NCBI GenBank assembly: GCA_963777605.1
Contig: CAVZRV010000030.1
Location: forward strand, 288,001-352,000
Length of the DNA stretch: 64,000 bases
Reading direction: 5' to 3'
Source of the DNA: an uncultured Acidobacteriota bacterium
GTDB taxonomy: Bacteria > Acidobacteriota > UBA6911 > RPQK01 > JAPXNP01
Part shown: one piece after another, positions 1 through 12,052 of the stretch
Numbering within the stretch: the stretch's first letter is position 1
How the letters are laid out: the number at the start of each line of letters is the position of its first letter
The notes under the pieces: generated by a model
Database searches by the model: none
Seen by the model: the letters and a program-made list of their open reading frames with translations, nothing else
What the model was told of the DNA's origin: nothing
Position numbers and translations under genes: made by a program

Positions 1-894
1 GAACCGGCCCGAAAGATCGACGGCGGTATTGCAGCTGACCGGAACAACCACTCCTTGGGCCTGGAGATAATCGGCCACCAGGATTCCCAGGACGTCTCCG
101 CGAACGATGTCGCCTGTCTCGCTCACCATCAGAGGACGATCGGCATCCCCATCGGCACTAACTAGCGCATCGAGCTGGTTCGACTCGACCCACTCGGCGA
201 GGCGTTCGCGGCCGGATACCGCCTCGGTGTCGACCGCAATGAACTGCTCCGATCTTCCCAGGGCGAGCACCTCCGCCCCCAATTTCTGAAGGATGTCCAC
301 CAGGAGATCCCGGCCGACGGTGGAGTGCTGGTAGACTCCGACTTTCAAACCCCGCAGGCAACCCTCGGGGAAGAACTCGGTGTAGCGTGTCACGTACGAT
401 CGGGCTGCCTCCGCCAATGGAGGGGGCAGTTGACTTGCTGGATCAGCGACGAGTGCACCGTCAGCCGTGAAAGCCTTCTCGAAGGGGGCCGGGGCCGACT
501 TCAGGCTCTCGTAGATCTCGGTGATGCGCGCTTCGTCCGATTTCAGGATCTCCCCGTCCGCACAGTTGAACTTGATCCCGTTGCGATCTTCGGGAATGTG
601 GCTCCCCGTAACCATGATCGAAGGGATTCCCCGGGTCATCCCAAAGTGCAGCAGCGTCGGTGTTGGGACTCGTCCGCAGTTCAGGACCCGGACCCCTTCC
701 TGGCCCAGCGTGAAGGAGACCGCACCCAGAATGCGCGAAGTGCTCGAACGCAGATCGCCCGAGACGGCCACCTCCGGGACTGGGGATGTCTTTCTCAGGT
801 AAAGAAGAGATGCGAGAGTGTAGCGAGCGCACTCCAGATCGGTCATCTCCGAAACCAGGCCTCGTACTCCACTTGTCCCAAATCGCAGCGGCAT
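1..894 (-). CDS. manB: Phosphomannomutase (ManB-type), 3' end runs off the window
   Basis: Not in the ORF track. Manual translation from ATG 894 gives MPLRFGTSGVRG...MVTGSHIPEDRNGIKFN...SADGDADRPL, containing the phosphoserine loop and the metal-binding DGDADR motif. Confidence 0.9.
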   Translation of the reverse strand, partial: MPLRFGTSGVRGLVSEMTDLECARYTLASLLYLRKTSPVPEVAVSGDLRSSTSRILGAVSFTLGQEGVRVLNCGRVPTPTLLHFGMTRGIPSIMVTGSHIPEDRNGIKFNCADGEILKSDEARITEIYESLKSAPAPFEKAFTADGALVADPASQLPPPLAEAARSYVTRYTEFFPEGCLRGLKVGVYQHSTVGRDLLVDILQKLGAEVLALGRSEQFIAVDTEAVSGRERLAEWVESNQLDALVSADGDADRPLMVSETGDIVRGDVLGILVADYLQAQGVVVPVSCNTAVDLSGRF

Positions 895-1060
895 ATCACT
901 GAACTCCTTCGGAGGGTCAACTCAACGTTTTCTGGAGGGTACCAGAATCGAACTCCAGCTGTCGGTTATGTTGTTTGATGAGGTAACCGATTTTGGGGGA
1001 CGACAAGGCCACCTCCCGATGCTAAGATTGTCCGGGTTAGGAGGTAAGGAGGAACCTGTT

Positions 1061-2482
1061 ATGCGAAAATTTGCCGCTCTAGTTGGCCTTTTGAGCCTTA
1101 TCTTATGCAGTTGTGGGGGGGATCCGGACCAGGAACTCCTTGAAGCCGCAAAAACCGGGAACCTGGAGAAAGTTCAATCTGTACTTCAGGGGACTGTCAA
1201 CAAAGAAGTCCAGACGCCTGAGGGGAAGACGGCGTTGATGCTGGCCGCTGAAAACGGACATGCGCAGATTGTCGAAGCCCTTTTGGAAGCTGGAGCAAAG
1301 CCCAATGTCCAGGATCGGTCGGGAAGGACCGCGCTGGCTCTCGCCGCGCGGGAAGGGAAGGCGGAAGTTGTCTCAATCCTCATTGGAAAAGGGGCCGATA
1401 TCGAGGCTGCCGATTTCGATGGATTTCCGCCCCTGATTCACGCTGCCGAAACAGGGCAGACTGAGTGTGTCAAGATCCTGCTCGACGGGGGCGCCAACAT
1501 CGAAGGCACCTGTGGTCGCGGTCGGACGGCTCTAATGTACGCTGCGGCCGGTGGCTTCGAGGAGACCGTCAGTCTGCTCCTCGATCGAGGCGCGAAAGTT
1601 GACGCCGTTGATAAGGACGGCCTGACTCCGCTGATGCACGCTGCCGTCCGAGGTCAGGGCGGAGTGATCAAGCTCCTGGTAGACAAGGGCGCCGATGTCA
1701 ATGCGACCGCCAATGATGGTCGTACCGCCCTTCTCGCCGCGGCCCAGGAAGGCCAGGCGGGAGCGATCAAGGCCCTTCTCGATGCCGGGGCCGAAGCAGG
1801 CGCAACCACCAAGGATGGCCGCACTGCCTTGATGTGGGCCGCCAACGGTGGCCACGAGCAGGCTCTGACCGCGCTTCTCGCCGCCGAGGGAACCGATGTG
1901 AACGCCACGGACGACAAGGGCCGGACGGCGCTGATGCTGGCTGCATTCCAGGGTGCCCCGAATGCGGTAAAGGCGCTGCTCGATGGTGGTGCCAAGGCCA
2001 AGGTTGCAGACAAGGAAAAGGCAACTGCCCTCATGTACGCTGCCCGTCAGGGGAACGTAGACTGCATCAAGTTGCTGCTCGACGCCGGAGAGTCGATTAA
2101 CGCCAAGAACCAGGTCGGGTGGACGGCCCTGACGGCTGCAGCATCAAACGGGCACAGTGACGCTGTGAAGGCGTTGCTCGATGCCGGTGCCGATCCCAAA
2201 GTCAAAGCCAACACGGGTTGGGACGCGCTGATCGGTGCCGCCGTCAAGGGTGATGTCGAGAGCGTCAAGGCTCTGCTGGCGAAGGGCGCCGACGTCAACT
2301 CGAAGGACGAAAATGATGTCACTGCGCTCATGCACGCCTCTATCCAGGGGCACGAAGACGTGGTCCGTGTTCTGCTCGATGGCGGCGCGGATCGTTCGCT
2401 ACAGGACTATGCGGGTAAGACGGCGGCCGACCATGCCGCTGAAAAAGGCAACCAGGCCATCGTGACCTTGTTGCAGGGCTGA
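1061..2482 (+). CDS. Ankyrin-repeat lipoprotein (~14 repeats)
   Basis: AGGAGG RBS before ATG 1061. Signal peptide with lipobox (LILCS-C). Tandem 33-aa GxTALxxAA...LL.xGA.N repeats. Confidence 0.92.
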   Translation: MRKFAALVGLLSLILCSCGGDPDQELLEAAKTGNLEKVQSVLQGTVNKEVQTPEGKTALMLAAENGHAQIVEALLEAGAKPNVQDRSGRTALALAAREGKAEVVSILIGKGADIEAADFDGFPPLIHAAETGQTECVKILLDGGANIEGTCGRGRTALMYAAAGGFEETVSLLLDRGAKVDAVDKDGLTPLMHAAVRGQGGVIKLLVDKGADVNATANDGRTALLAAAQEGQAGAIKALLDAGAEAGATTKDGRTALMWAANGGHEQALTALLAAEGTDVNATDDKGRTALMLAAFQGAPNAVKALLDGGAKAKVADKEKATALMYAARQGNVDCIKLLLDAGESINAKNQVGWTALTAAASNGHSDAVKALLDAGADPKVKANTGWDALIGAAVKGDVESVKALLAKGADVNSKDENDVTALMHASIQGHEDVVRVLLDGGADRSLQDYAGKTAADHAAEKGNQAIVTLLQG

Positions 2483-2543
2483 GAGTCTCAGCCGAACTGA
2501 ATCCGGGGGCGGCTTCGGCCGTCCCCACCTACCATCCCCTCGT

Positions 2544-3548
2544 CTACTTGCCTGCGAGGAGTAGTTCCAGGCGGTCGAGTTGGTCTTTCTTACCGATCAC
2601 GATCAGGGTGTCTCGTGCCTTGATCTCCGTTGAAGGCTTGAGATCGGGAATCGTGCCGATTCCAGGGCGTTTGATGCCCAGGACGTAGACTCCGGTTCGT
2701 TCCCGGATCCCGGCGTCGGCCAACGTAGAACCGTCGAGCTCGCTTCCCGGTTCGAGATCCAGGTTTTCAATCATGAGGCCGATCGAGGACTTGTCATGCA
2801 AAACATCCTCGATAAACGCGACGACTTCGGGGCGAAGGATCATCTGGGCCATGCTGCGACCGCCTGTTCGGTAGGGGAGAAAGACATTGTTCGCCCCGGC
2901 GCGGATGAATTTCTCCGGGCCGTCCTCGTGGCTGACCCTTGCAACGATCGGCAGTGTCGGGTTGAGCCCGCGCGCCGAGAGCACCACCATCAGGTTCTTG
3001 GCATCATCGTCCGATGTGGCCGCCATTCCGGCCGCCCGGTCGATTCCGCACTCTTTCAGCGACTCGTCAAAGCCCGGATCACCGTGAAACACGGCGTAAC
3101 CTTCGTCACGAGCCATGCGAATAGAGTCGTCTTTCTCGTCGAGGACCACAAAATCCCGGCCCTCCCGTTGGAGTTCACGGCAGACCTCGTGCCCCATTCG
3201 TCCGTAACCGCAGACGAGAACATGGTTCTTCATCGATGCGATGATTCGTTTCATTTTTCGACCTCCCAGCAGACCGCGAAGCTCGCCGGCCACGATGTAG
3301 TTGGATATGGCTCCGAACGAGAAAGTGATGCTGGCGACCCCCAGGAGTATCAGAAGTGCAGTGAAGATTCGGCCCGCGGGGGAAAGGGGGCGAACTTCCG
3401 AAAATCCCACCGTCGTCACGGTGATGACCGACATGTAGATTGCGTCCAGCAGGGGCCACCCCTCGATGATCCGGTAGCCCAGGGCCCCTGCCGTCAGGGT
3501 GCTGAAGAATACCAGGCTGACCAGAAGAAGGCGACGCTGAAGGCTCAT
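2544..3548 (-). CDS. Potassium channel protein with TrkA-N/TrkA-C (RCK) domains
   Basis: Two TM helices around the pore motif TTVGFSE, followed by a Rossmann CGYGRMG motif and a C-terminal RCK-C domain. Confidence 0.9.
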   Translation of the reverse strand: MSLQRRLLLVSLVFFSTLTAGALGYRIIEGWPLLDAIYMSVITVTTVGFSEVRPLSPAGRIFTALLILLGVASITFSFGAISNYIVAGELRGLLGGRKMKRIIASMKNHVLVCGYGRMGHEVCRELQREGRDFVVLDEKDDSIRMARDEGYAVFHGDPGFDESLKECGIDRAAGMAATSDDDAKNLMVVLSARGLNPTLPIVARVSHEDGPEKFIRAGANNVFLPYRTGGRSMAQMILRPEVVAFIEDVLHDKSSIGLMIENLDLEPGSELDGSTLADAGIRERTGVYVLGIKRPGIGTIPDLKPSTEIKARDTLIVIGKKDQLDRLELLLAGK

Positions 3549-3664
3549 GTCGGGCGGTTCATTGGATTATAGGTGAGACCGTGGCTTTGGGCCAGACCCG
3601 CCGGCGAAGGGAGCTGTCACGCCGGGCCGGCGGGTCCGGCCCGGACTTCCTGGATTGTCGAGGT

Positions 3665-4438
3665 TCAACGAATCTCCGAATACCGCGTCGCGGAGAGAAA
3701 GGAGGCATGGATCGAAGAAACGGAATCGATCCAGCGCTTGTCATCCTTGATCCGGTTCCAGTCGGGATTCGTCCGAAACGCAGCCCATCCTTTTTCCCGG
3801 GCTTCCATGTTGTCAAAAGCCAGCATGTAGCTGAGGTGAGGCAGCCTCTGGCCGATCAGCGCCTCGCCAAAGAAGACCGGCGCCATCTTGCAGTCCAGAA
3901 AGATCTTCATTTCTTCCTGGTTGAACATGTCGATCTTGGCAGCTGCTTTGAACGCATCCTTGGACTCGTAGGTACGCAGTTCGAAGACTCTTCCGTCCGG
4001 TGATCCCGACGGTTTTTGCACGATCGGGTGGGCGGCAAAGGCTTTCAAGAGTTGTGAGCGGTAGTGCAGGTAGGGAATCCCGGCTTCGGCGAATTCCTTC
4101 CAGGCTTTGACCCAGCTCTGGCCCGATGCAACCATGTCGGAGTTGGCCAGCAACGCCTCTGGGGAGGCGTACTGCAGCAGGAGCACCAGGGCCGGGCTGT
4201 TGTCGCCGAAGGAAACGTTGAAGGCCCCGATCGGTCCTGAAACCAGCGGCTTGAGGGCCGGCATCAAGACCGACTCTACGAAGCGGTTGAGGCGGGAAAC
4301 GTCCAAGTCGTTGCGCATCTCGTAAGTGCGAAGTTCGTAGAAAGATTGTTTTGCCGCTGCCGCCGCAAGGATTCCACCGCCGGCTGCTGCGGCGACTGCA
4401 CCACTCAGGCCGGTCTTTCCAAATTCACGTCGATTCAT
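3665..4438 (-). CDS. Tat-exported NIPSNAP family protein
   Basis: AGGAG RBS, twin-arginine signal MNRREFGK, and two (Y/F)ELRTYE NIPSNAP repeats. Confidence 0.85.
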   Translation of the reverse strand: MNRREFGKTGLSGAVAAAAGGGILAAAAAKQSFYELRTYEMRNDLDVSRLNRFVESVLMPALKPLVSGPIGAFNVSFGDNSPALVLLLQYASPEALLANSDMVASGQSWVKAWKEFAEAGIPYLHYRSQLLKAFAAHPIVQKPSGSPDGRVFELRTYESKDAFKAAAKIDMFNQEEMKIFLDCKMAPVFFGEALIGQRLPHLSYMLAFDNMEAREKGWAAFRTNPDWNRIKDDKRWIDSVSSIHASFLSATRYSEIR

Positions 4439-4512
4439 GTTACTCCTCCTATCCCGGCCCGAGGGCCGGGACCCACAGTTACCATTCAGTGAAGACAAAC
4501 GTACAGGACCAA

Positions 4513-5646
4513 TTACGGCTCGACGAGGAATCGATGCACCGTCAGTTGGTGATACTCCTCGCCGGGACGCAGGATCGTCGAAGGAAAGTCGGGTTGGTTT
4601 GGAGAATCCGGGTAGTGCTGGGTCTCCAGGCAAAGCGCCGAGTGCTGAGAAAATCCTCCGCTCGCGGGGCTTCCGTCGAGGAAGTTGCCCGTGTAGAGCT
4701 GGATTCCGGGCTGGGTCGTCCGGACCTCCATGACCCGGCCACTCTCGGCGTCCCGTACCCGGGCTGCCAGAGCCAGGTCTCCCGACTGGTTGCGCAGGAC
4801 GTAACAGTGATCGTAGCCCATCCCGACCTGGTCGATCCGCGATCCGATCGATGTCGGTTCGCGAAAATCCATCGGGGTATCGGCGACCGGCTTGAATTCA
4901 CCCGTTGGGATCAAGTTTTCGTCGACCGGGAGATAGGAATCGGCAGCGATCATCAGGACGTGGTCCAGAATCAGGCCGTTCCCGGCTCCCCTCAGGTTCC
5001 AGTAGGCGTGGTTTGTGAGATTGACGGGAGTCGCTTGGTCGGTCGTTGCCTTGTACTCCATCCTCAGTTCGTTCTCTTCGGTCAGAAGGTAGACCACCTC
5101 GACGTTCAGGTTGCCCGGAAAGCCTTCTTCCCCGTCCGGGCTGAGTCGGCGGAACCGAACTCCTGCTCCCGCATCGGACTCAATTGCTTCAGCGTCCCAG
5201 ACCACCTTGTCGAATCCCTTGATCCCACCATGGAGCGAGTTGGGGCCGTTGTTGGCAGCCAGCTTGTACGTCTCACCGTCGAGGGTGAATGACGCCCCCG
5301 CGATGCGGTTGCCGTAGCGGCCAACCGTCGCGCCGAAATAGGGATTGTGCTCAATGTACTCCTGAAGAGTGGGAAAGCCCAACGTGATGTTGTCGTTGTG
5401 ACCGTTCTTGTCCGGCACCTCGACGGCAACGATGATGGCGCCGTAGTCGGTTAGTTTCAGGACCAGTCCATTGCTGTTCGTACAGGTGAATAACCGGCAG
5501 GTCTTACCGTCTTCCGTCTTGCCGAAATCCGTGACCACAACTTGCATGGAGCCCCCCGCTTCAGGTTCGGCCGGAGGGGCGCTGCTGCTGCAGGCCGCCA
5601 GGATCGAACCCCACAAAAGTATTGAAATCGCCGTCACTGCACGCAT
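4513..5646 (-). CDS. galM: Aldose 1-epimerase (galactose mutarotase), probable lipoprotein
   Basis: GRYGNRI, SLHGG, NLTNHAYWNL, GYDH and CLETQHYPDS motifs. N-terminal LAAC lipobox. Confidence 0.93.
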   Translation of the reverse strand: MRAVTAISILLWGSILAACSSSAPPAEPEAGGSMQVVVTDFGKTEDGKTCRLFTCTNSNGLVLKLTDYGAIIVAVEVPDKNGHNDNITLGFPTLQEYIEHNPYFGATVGRYGNRIAGASFTLDGETYKLAANNGPNSLHGGIKGFDKVVWDAEAIESDAGAGVRFRRLSPDGEEGFPGNLNVEVVYLLTEENELRMEYKATTDQATPVNLTNHAYWNLRGAGNGLILDHVLMIAADSYLPVDENLIPTGEFKPVADTPMDFREPTSIGSRIDQVGMGYDHCYVLRNQSGDLALAARVRDAESGRVMEVRTTQPGIQLYTGNFLDGSPASGGFSQHSALCLETQHYPDSPNQPDFPSTILRPGEEYHQLTVHRFLVEP

Positions 5647-5693
5647 GCCGTAATTATAACTACAGCGTCCGGAAACTACAGGGGAAATCGATA

Positions 5694-5761
5694 CTAGTGT
5701 CCGAGTCTAAATTGGCACGCATCATATGAAGCCTTCAGAGCCCCGCGTGCGCGACAAGACA

Positions 5762-5765
<4 letters not shown>
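5694..5765. mobile_element. Miniature inverted-repeat element (MITE) copy 1, CTAG-flanked
   Basis: Ends are CTAGTGTC...GACACTAG. The core CACGCATCATATG...TTCAGAGCCCCGC is shared with 31224-31285. The right-hand CTAG contains the zwf stop codon. Confidence 0.75.
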
Positions 5766-7306
<1,541 letters not shown>

Positions 7307-7322
7307 CAACGGCTCCCTTTCA

Positions 7323-8465
7323 CTAACCCCGGTCGGCTGATGCCAGGACCCTGCTTTGCTCTCGTTCCAGACTCTTGATGAGGTCGTCGTAGGGATCGTT
7401 GAACTTGGCGACTCCCTCCTCCTCCAACTGCTGGGTGACTTGATCCAGGTCGATCGCGACCTCAGGCAGCCAGCCTAGCACTTGTCGAGCTTCGGCTAAA
7501 CCGCTCTCAAGACGGCTTTCGGGATCTCCGTGATCCCGGAAGGCTTCGAGGGTATCAAGTGGGACCGTGTTTACGGTTTCGGGGCCGATCAGGGATTCGA
7601 CGTATTTGACGTCCGAGTAGTCCGGGTTCTTGGTGCTCGTGCTTGCCCAAAGCAGGCGCTGCTTTTGTGCTCCCGTGCGACTGAGTTCCCTGAACCTGTC
7701 GGAAGCGTAGATCTCGCCGAAGGCCTGGTAAGCCTCCTTGGCGCTGGCTATGGCGACCTGACCCCGGATCTTTGGAACTAGTGCCGCCGTTTCCCCGGTC
7801 ACCTTGGTGCGCTTTTCCAGAAGGGAGTCAACGAGCACGTCGATGCGGCTGAGAAAGAAGCTTGCCACCGAGCGAACGCGATCGAGAGGACTGCCGCTCT
7901 CCAGCCGCTTTTCGAGCCCGGAAATGTAAGCCTCGGCAACCTCCCGGTAACGCGGGATTCCGAAGAGCAAGGTGACATTCACGTTGATACCCTCGGAAAT
8001 GAGTTGGGTAATCGCGGGTAGACCTTCTCGGGTGGCGGGCACCTTGATGAAGACGTTGGGGCGATCGAGCCTCCGCCAGAGTTCTCTGGCCTCATTGATC
8101 GTTGCAGCGCTGTCGTGAGCGAGGTGAGGATTGACCTCGAGGCTGACGAATCCGTGATTCCCGTCGGAATTGTTGTACAGGTCACGGAACAGATCCGCAG
8201 CCATCTGGACGTCCCCTACGGTCAGGTCCCGGTAAATCTCGGCGGGGCCCAGTCCTTTCCCGGTGAGTTCTCCGATCGTTTCGTCGTAGTCGTCGCTCCC
8301 GGTGATGACCTGATCGAAGATTTTGGGGTTTGAAGTGATACCTCGAATTCCGTCTTCCTGGATCAATTTGGTGAGTTCCCCGGATTGGATCATCTCCCTG
8401 CGAATGAAATCGAGCCAGATGCTCTGGCCGAACTTCTGTACTTGTTTGACTCGGTTATCGGTCAT
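7323..8465 (-). CDS. tal: Transaldolase (~380 aa type)
   Basis: GQSIWLD, GITSNP, FIKVPAT, SFFLSRID and WASTSTKNP motifs. GAGG RBS before ATG 8465. Confidence 0.95.
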   Translation of the reverse strand: MTDNRVKQVQKFGQSIWLDFIRREMIQSGELTKLIQEDGIRGITSNPKIFDQVITGSDDYDETIGELTGKGLGPAEIYRDLTVGDVQMAADLFRDLYNNSDGNHGFVSLEVNPHLAHDSAATINEARELWRRLDRPNVFIKVPATREGLPAITQLISEGINVNVTLLFGIPRYREVAEAYISGLEKRLESGSPLDRVRSVASFFLSRIDVLVDSLLEKRTKVTGETAALVPKIRGQVAIASAKEAYQAFGEIYASDRFRELSRTGAQKQRLLWASTSTKNPDYSDVKYVESLIGPETVNTVPLDTLEAFRDHGDPESRLESGLAEARQVLGWLPEVAIDLDQVTQQLEEEGVAKFNDPYDDLIKSLEREQSRVLASADRG

Positions 8466-8518
8466 GGTGGACCTCCTCTGTTCTTTTTCGGAGTTCGCGC
8501 GTGCGCTGGTCCGCCGTC

Positions 8519-8893
8519 TCAAAATGAGCGGAGACGCGGAATTTGAAGCCGCTTGACGCGAGTGTAGATGTCGGCGGTTCTTTTCGATCTTCCCTGCTGA
8601 TTGGAATCGATCCACTCTACCAGGACATCCGGGTTGTATTCGAGAACCTGGCAAACCCATTGGAAACTGCCCGGAGAGGAATCCTCGGCCGAGAACCACT
8701 CCCGGGCATCGGATTTCCAGTCGATGTCGTCATTCAGGGTTGCCCTCCTGGTTCCAAACGTATCCCGGAGAGCCTGAATCAGGATGGCCACGGCGAGTTG
8801 CCGAACAGACGCGCTTTTGCTGTGTCTCGATTTAGGGCGGAGAACATCCGCTATCTGCAGATCCATAGCCACCCGGGTTTGCTGGTGCATCAC
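8519..8893 (-). CDS. Conserved hypothetical protein
   Basis: AAGGAG RBS and a 124-aa ORF with the pattern LAVAILIQALRD...AREWF...SFQWVCQVL...P. Confidence 0.7.
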   Translation of the reverse strand: MMHQQTRVAMDLQIADVLRPKSRHSKSASVRQLAVAILIQALRDTFGTRRATLNDDIDWKSDAREWFSAEDSSPGSFQWVCQVLEYNPDVLVEWIDSNQQGRSKRTADIYTRVKRLQIPRLRSF

Positions 8894-9054
8894 AAAGACT
8901 CCTTGTATTGACGAAGTTGCGGTTAAAGTCTGGTTTCAGTATCCCCGGTTTGAGGCGCTTGGCTCAATCGTGCGAAATGGGGACTATGCTGCGTCGCTTT
9001 TACTACACGACGCCCCAATGTCTGCCACTTAAGGGTTGAAAAAAGGGAGCTTAC

Positions 9055-9711
9055 CTATTCCTGATCTTGAAGCGTGGGGTTGGCGATCTTGTCTTCGAAC
9101 TTGACCAGGCCATCGAAGAAGGCCGAGGAGAGACTGGGGAGTTCCCGGCTGACCTCGAGAAGGAAGGCGGGGAAGGAATCGGTGGCTTCCTGGTACGACG
9201 GCTCCGAGTCGGGAAGTTGCACCCGGACGGCGGCGAGGAAAGACTGTTCGAGGTCGTGGAAGACTTCGTTGACACCCACTCGAAAAGCGTCCAGGTCAGG
9301 AGCGAGGCGGCGTCTCGTCGTCGGGGCGATCGAACCCTCGGCACGAAGTCGGTAGAGTCGTTCGAACGCCTTCACCACGCGCTTGTCGAAATCGGATACT
9401 CTGCTCTGGAAGAACCGCAACTGCTCCTGAAAGGTAGATTGGCGATCCAGCAGGTTGCAGAGGTCATCCCGATCGGTTTCGGTAACCGCCGGCAACAGGG
9501 TCTGCAGGAAAACCGTCTCAAACTGGTGTCGGAACTCGATGCTGACGGCTTCGTAGACCCTGATGAACTCGCCATACGGCTTACGCGGTCCCTTAATTTT
9601 GAGGGCCAGAAGGCCCCCCGTGACACCGGCTCCGACGAGCTTGAGGAAGTCTTTGAATTGCACGTCTCTATTCTGCCACGATCGGCCACCTCGGTACACG
9701 GGAATTTGCAC
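9055..9711 (-). CDS. Hypothetical helical protein
   Basis: ORF co-oriented downstream of the dehydratase. The start could instead be GTG 9663. Short hydrophobic segment near the N-terminus. Confidence 0.65.
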   Translation of the reverse strand: MQIPVYRGGRSWQNRDVQFKDFLKLVGAGVTGGLLALKIKGPRKPYGEFIRVYEAVSIEFRHQFETVFLQTLLPAVTETDRDDLCNLLDRQSTFQEQLRFFQSRVSDFDKRVVKAFERLYRLRAEGSIAPTTRRRLAPDLDAFRVGVNEVFHDLEQSFLAAVRVQLPDSEPSYQEATDSFPAFLLEVSRELPSLSSAFFDGLVKFEDKIANPTLQDQE

Positions 9712-9745
9712 CTGAAGACGACCGGTAATCAGTTGGGCCCGGACA

Positions 9746-11761
9746 TCAGTCCTCTTCCGGGGTCCTGATTGGGGCTTTCAGTCCAGCCGAGATGACGCGT
9801 TCAAGGGCGCCGAGGTCGTACACAGCGCCGGACCAGGTGCCTCCGCCGACGCGCTGCAGCAGGGCCCAAAGCCGGGTGTCTTCGGGCAAAAGTGGATGGG
9901 GCGCAAGTCCTGGGTGAGGCGGGCGCCGGGCCAGGACGTCGGAGGCTTCGTCGGGGGCATTGCCGGACGCATCCGACATGATCAGGTTCACGGTGCCTTC
10001 GAGGCGCTTCAAATCCAGGACGATCTCGATCTGGTCACCATCGCGAACCCGGGCGATCGGGCCGTTGTCGAGGGCTTCGGGTCCGATATGTCCGATACAG
10101 GGTCCGGTGGAGACCCCCGAGAACCTGCCGTCGGTCAATACCGAGACGGTTTTTCCCCAAGGCAGGAACTTCAGAGCGGACGTGATTTGGTAGATCTCCT
10201 CCATGCCGGTCCCCGAAGGCCCAATCCCGATGAGGACGAGGGTGTCCCCCGAAGCCACGACACCGCTTTTGATTGCCTCGATCGCGGCGGTTTCGGAGAC
10301 GAAAACCCGAGCTGGACCGGTGTGCCGGTACATCATTTGTTCATCGAGCAAGGAATGGTCGATTGAAGTGGCCTTGACCACCGAACCCTCCGGGGCCAGG
10401 TTGCCGGTGGGAAAGATCATCGTGCCCGAAATTCCTCGTGCCCGGGCGCGATCGGCTGGAAAAATGACCCGTTCCGGTTCGATCCCCTCCACTTCCCGAA
10501 GCCGTCGGCGGATCTCGCGCCGACGCGGGCTCTCCTTCCACCAGTCCAGCGCGTCACCCAGCGTCTTTCCCGCGGCGGTGACGGCTTTCCTCTGCAGCAG
10601 GCCCAGCGAATCGAGGTGGAGCATCACCTCCGGAACCCCACCCGCGGCAAATACCCGAACCGTCGGGTGATTTTCCGGGCCGTTGGGTAGAGCGTCCACG
10701 AGTCGCGGAGTCGCGCTGTTGACCCGCCTCCAGTCATCGACCGTCGGGACCTTGAGTCCGGCGGCATGGGCGATGGCTGTGAGGTGCAGGAGCATGTTGG
10801 TGGAACCGCCGAATGCCGACTGGACGATCATTGCGTTTTCGACGGCTTCCCTGGTCAGAATCCGGGACATGGTGATCCCGGAATCGGCAAGCGCTATAAG
10901 GGCGAGGGCCGAACGGTGGGCGAGATCGAGCCAGATCTGTTCCCCGGACGGGCTCAGCGCACTGTGAGGGAGGGCCATGCCCAAGGCCTCCGCCGCAACC
11001 TGGGACGACGCCGCGGTTCCCAGGAACTGGCAGCCCCCTCCCGGAGATCCACAGGCGCGGCAACCCATCTCCTGGGCGTATTCGAGGGAAATCAGATCGT
11101 GAGAGAAGCGCGCCCCAAGGGTCTGGACGGTTCCCAGATCCTCACCACCGGCAGCCGGCAGAGTAACGCCACCCGGGACCACGATTCCCGGCAGTGAACC
11201 GCTTCCCGCCAGCGCCATCAACATGGCGGGAAGGCCCTTGTCACAGCTCGCTATCGCCATCACTCCCTGTCGTCGGGGCAGGGATCGAATCAGCCGCCGC
11301 ACTACGATGGCAGCATCGTTTCGATAAGCCAGGCTGTCCATCATCCCGGGAGTGCCCTGGCTTCTGCCGTCGCAGGGATCGGTGCAGAAGGCGGAGAATG
11401 GAATGGCGCCGCGGTCGCGAATCGTCCTGGCGGCTTCCTCGACGAGAAGAATCAGTTCCCAGTGGCCGGTGTGGTATCCGAGAGCGAGGGGCGCGCCGTC
11501 GGGAGAGCGGAGTCCGCCGGACGTGCTGACGATCAAGAACTGGGGGTAGTCTGATCGAGCGGGGTCCCAGCCCATTCCCGCATTTTGGGTCAGGCCGAAA
11601 ATGTCACCGCTGGGAAGGTTTCGCAGAGACTCGGAATTCAGCGGAATCCTGCCGCCAGGCCCCGATCCTGAGAGACGTGTTGTGGAGACCAAAGAGGCGT
11701 CCCCGACCACTTCCGAGAAAGTAGGCAAAGGGCCTATCTGCCGGGGATCGGTTGGGGTCAT
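9746..11761 (-). CDS. YjhG/YagF-family D-xylonate dehydratase (IlvD/Edd family)
   Basis: [35 protein letters not shown] and TDGRFSG motifs. Confidence 0.9.
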   Translation of the reverse strand: MTPTDPRQIGPLPTFSEVVGDASLVSTTRLSGSGPGGRIPLNSESLRNLPSGDIFGLTQNAGMGWDPARSDYPQFLIVSTSGGLRSPDGAPLALGYHTGHWELILLVEEAARTIRDRGAIPFSAFCTDPCDGRSQGTPGMMDSLAYRNDAAIVVRRLIRSLPRRQGVMAIASCDKGLPAMLMALAGSGSLPGIVVPGGVTLPAAGGEDLGTVQTLGARFSHDLISLEYAQEMGCRACGSPGGGCQFLGTAASSQVAAEALGMALPHSALSPSGEQIWLDLAHRSALALIALADSGITMSRILTREAVENAMIVQSAFGGSTNMLLHLTAIAHAAGLKVPTVDDWRRVNSATPRLVDALPNGPENHPTVRVFAAGGVPEVMLHLDSLGLLQRKAVTAAGKTLGDALDWWKESPRRREIRRRLREVEGIEPERVIFPADRARARGISGTMIFPTGNLAPEGSVVKATSIDHSLLDEQMMYRHTGPARVFVSETAAIEAIKSGVVASGDTLVLIGIGPSGTGMEEIYQITSALKFLPWGKTVSVLTDGRFSGVSTGPCIGHIGPEALDNGPIARVRDGDQIEIVLDLKRLEGTVNLIMSDASGNAPDEASDVLARRPPHPGLAPHPLLPEDTRLWALLQRVGGGTWSGAVYDLGALERVISAGLKAPIRTPEED

Positions 11762-11770
11762 GACGGAGCC

Positions 11771-12052
11771 CTAATCGCCGTCAGATTTCTTTCGGGTTTC
11801 GGCCAGGACGACGATCTCTTCCTTGAGAAAGGACTTAAGGCGCTGCTGTACGTCCATCGGAACGTCCACCTGCTGTTCCCGAAGTTGTTGAGTCATGGTG
11901 GTGGATTTCCGAAAACTCTGCACGAAATTGATGCAGGGTGCGCATCCTGAGAGATGTTCGTCCAACCGGCTCTCAACGTCGTGGGCCAGGTTTCCTTCAA
12001 GATAGTCGGTTAGTAGCTCAACGCATTCCTGGCATTTGAAGAAGTCTTTCAT
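11771..12052 (-). CDS. Soluble ZAS (zf-HC2) anti-sigma factor
   Basis: C..C..LL.DYL and HLSGCAPC (HxxxCxxC) motifs. ATGA overlap with the sigma gene. Confidence 0.9.
   Translation of the reverse strand: MKDFFKCQECVELLTDYLEGNLAHDVESRLDEHLSGCAPCINFVQSFRKSTTMTQQLREQQVDVPMDVQQRLKSFLKEEIVVLAETRKKSDGD

Noticed and set aside
325-978. 217-aa plus-strand ORF
   Set aside because: It is antisense to the clearly recognisable phosphomannomutase on the minus strand.
2544-3548. Non-canonical K+ filter TVGFSE instead of TVGYGD
   Set aside because: GFxE variants are common in this RCK-channel family, so it is not unusual.
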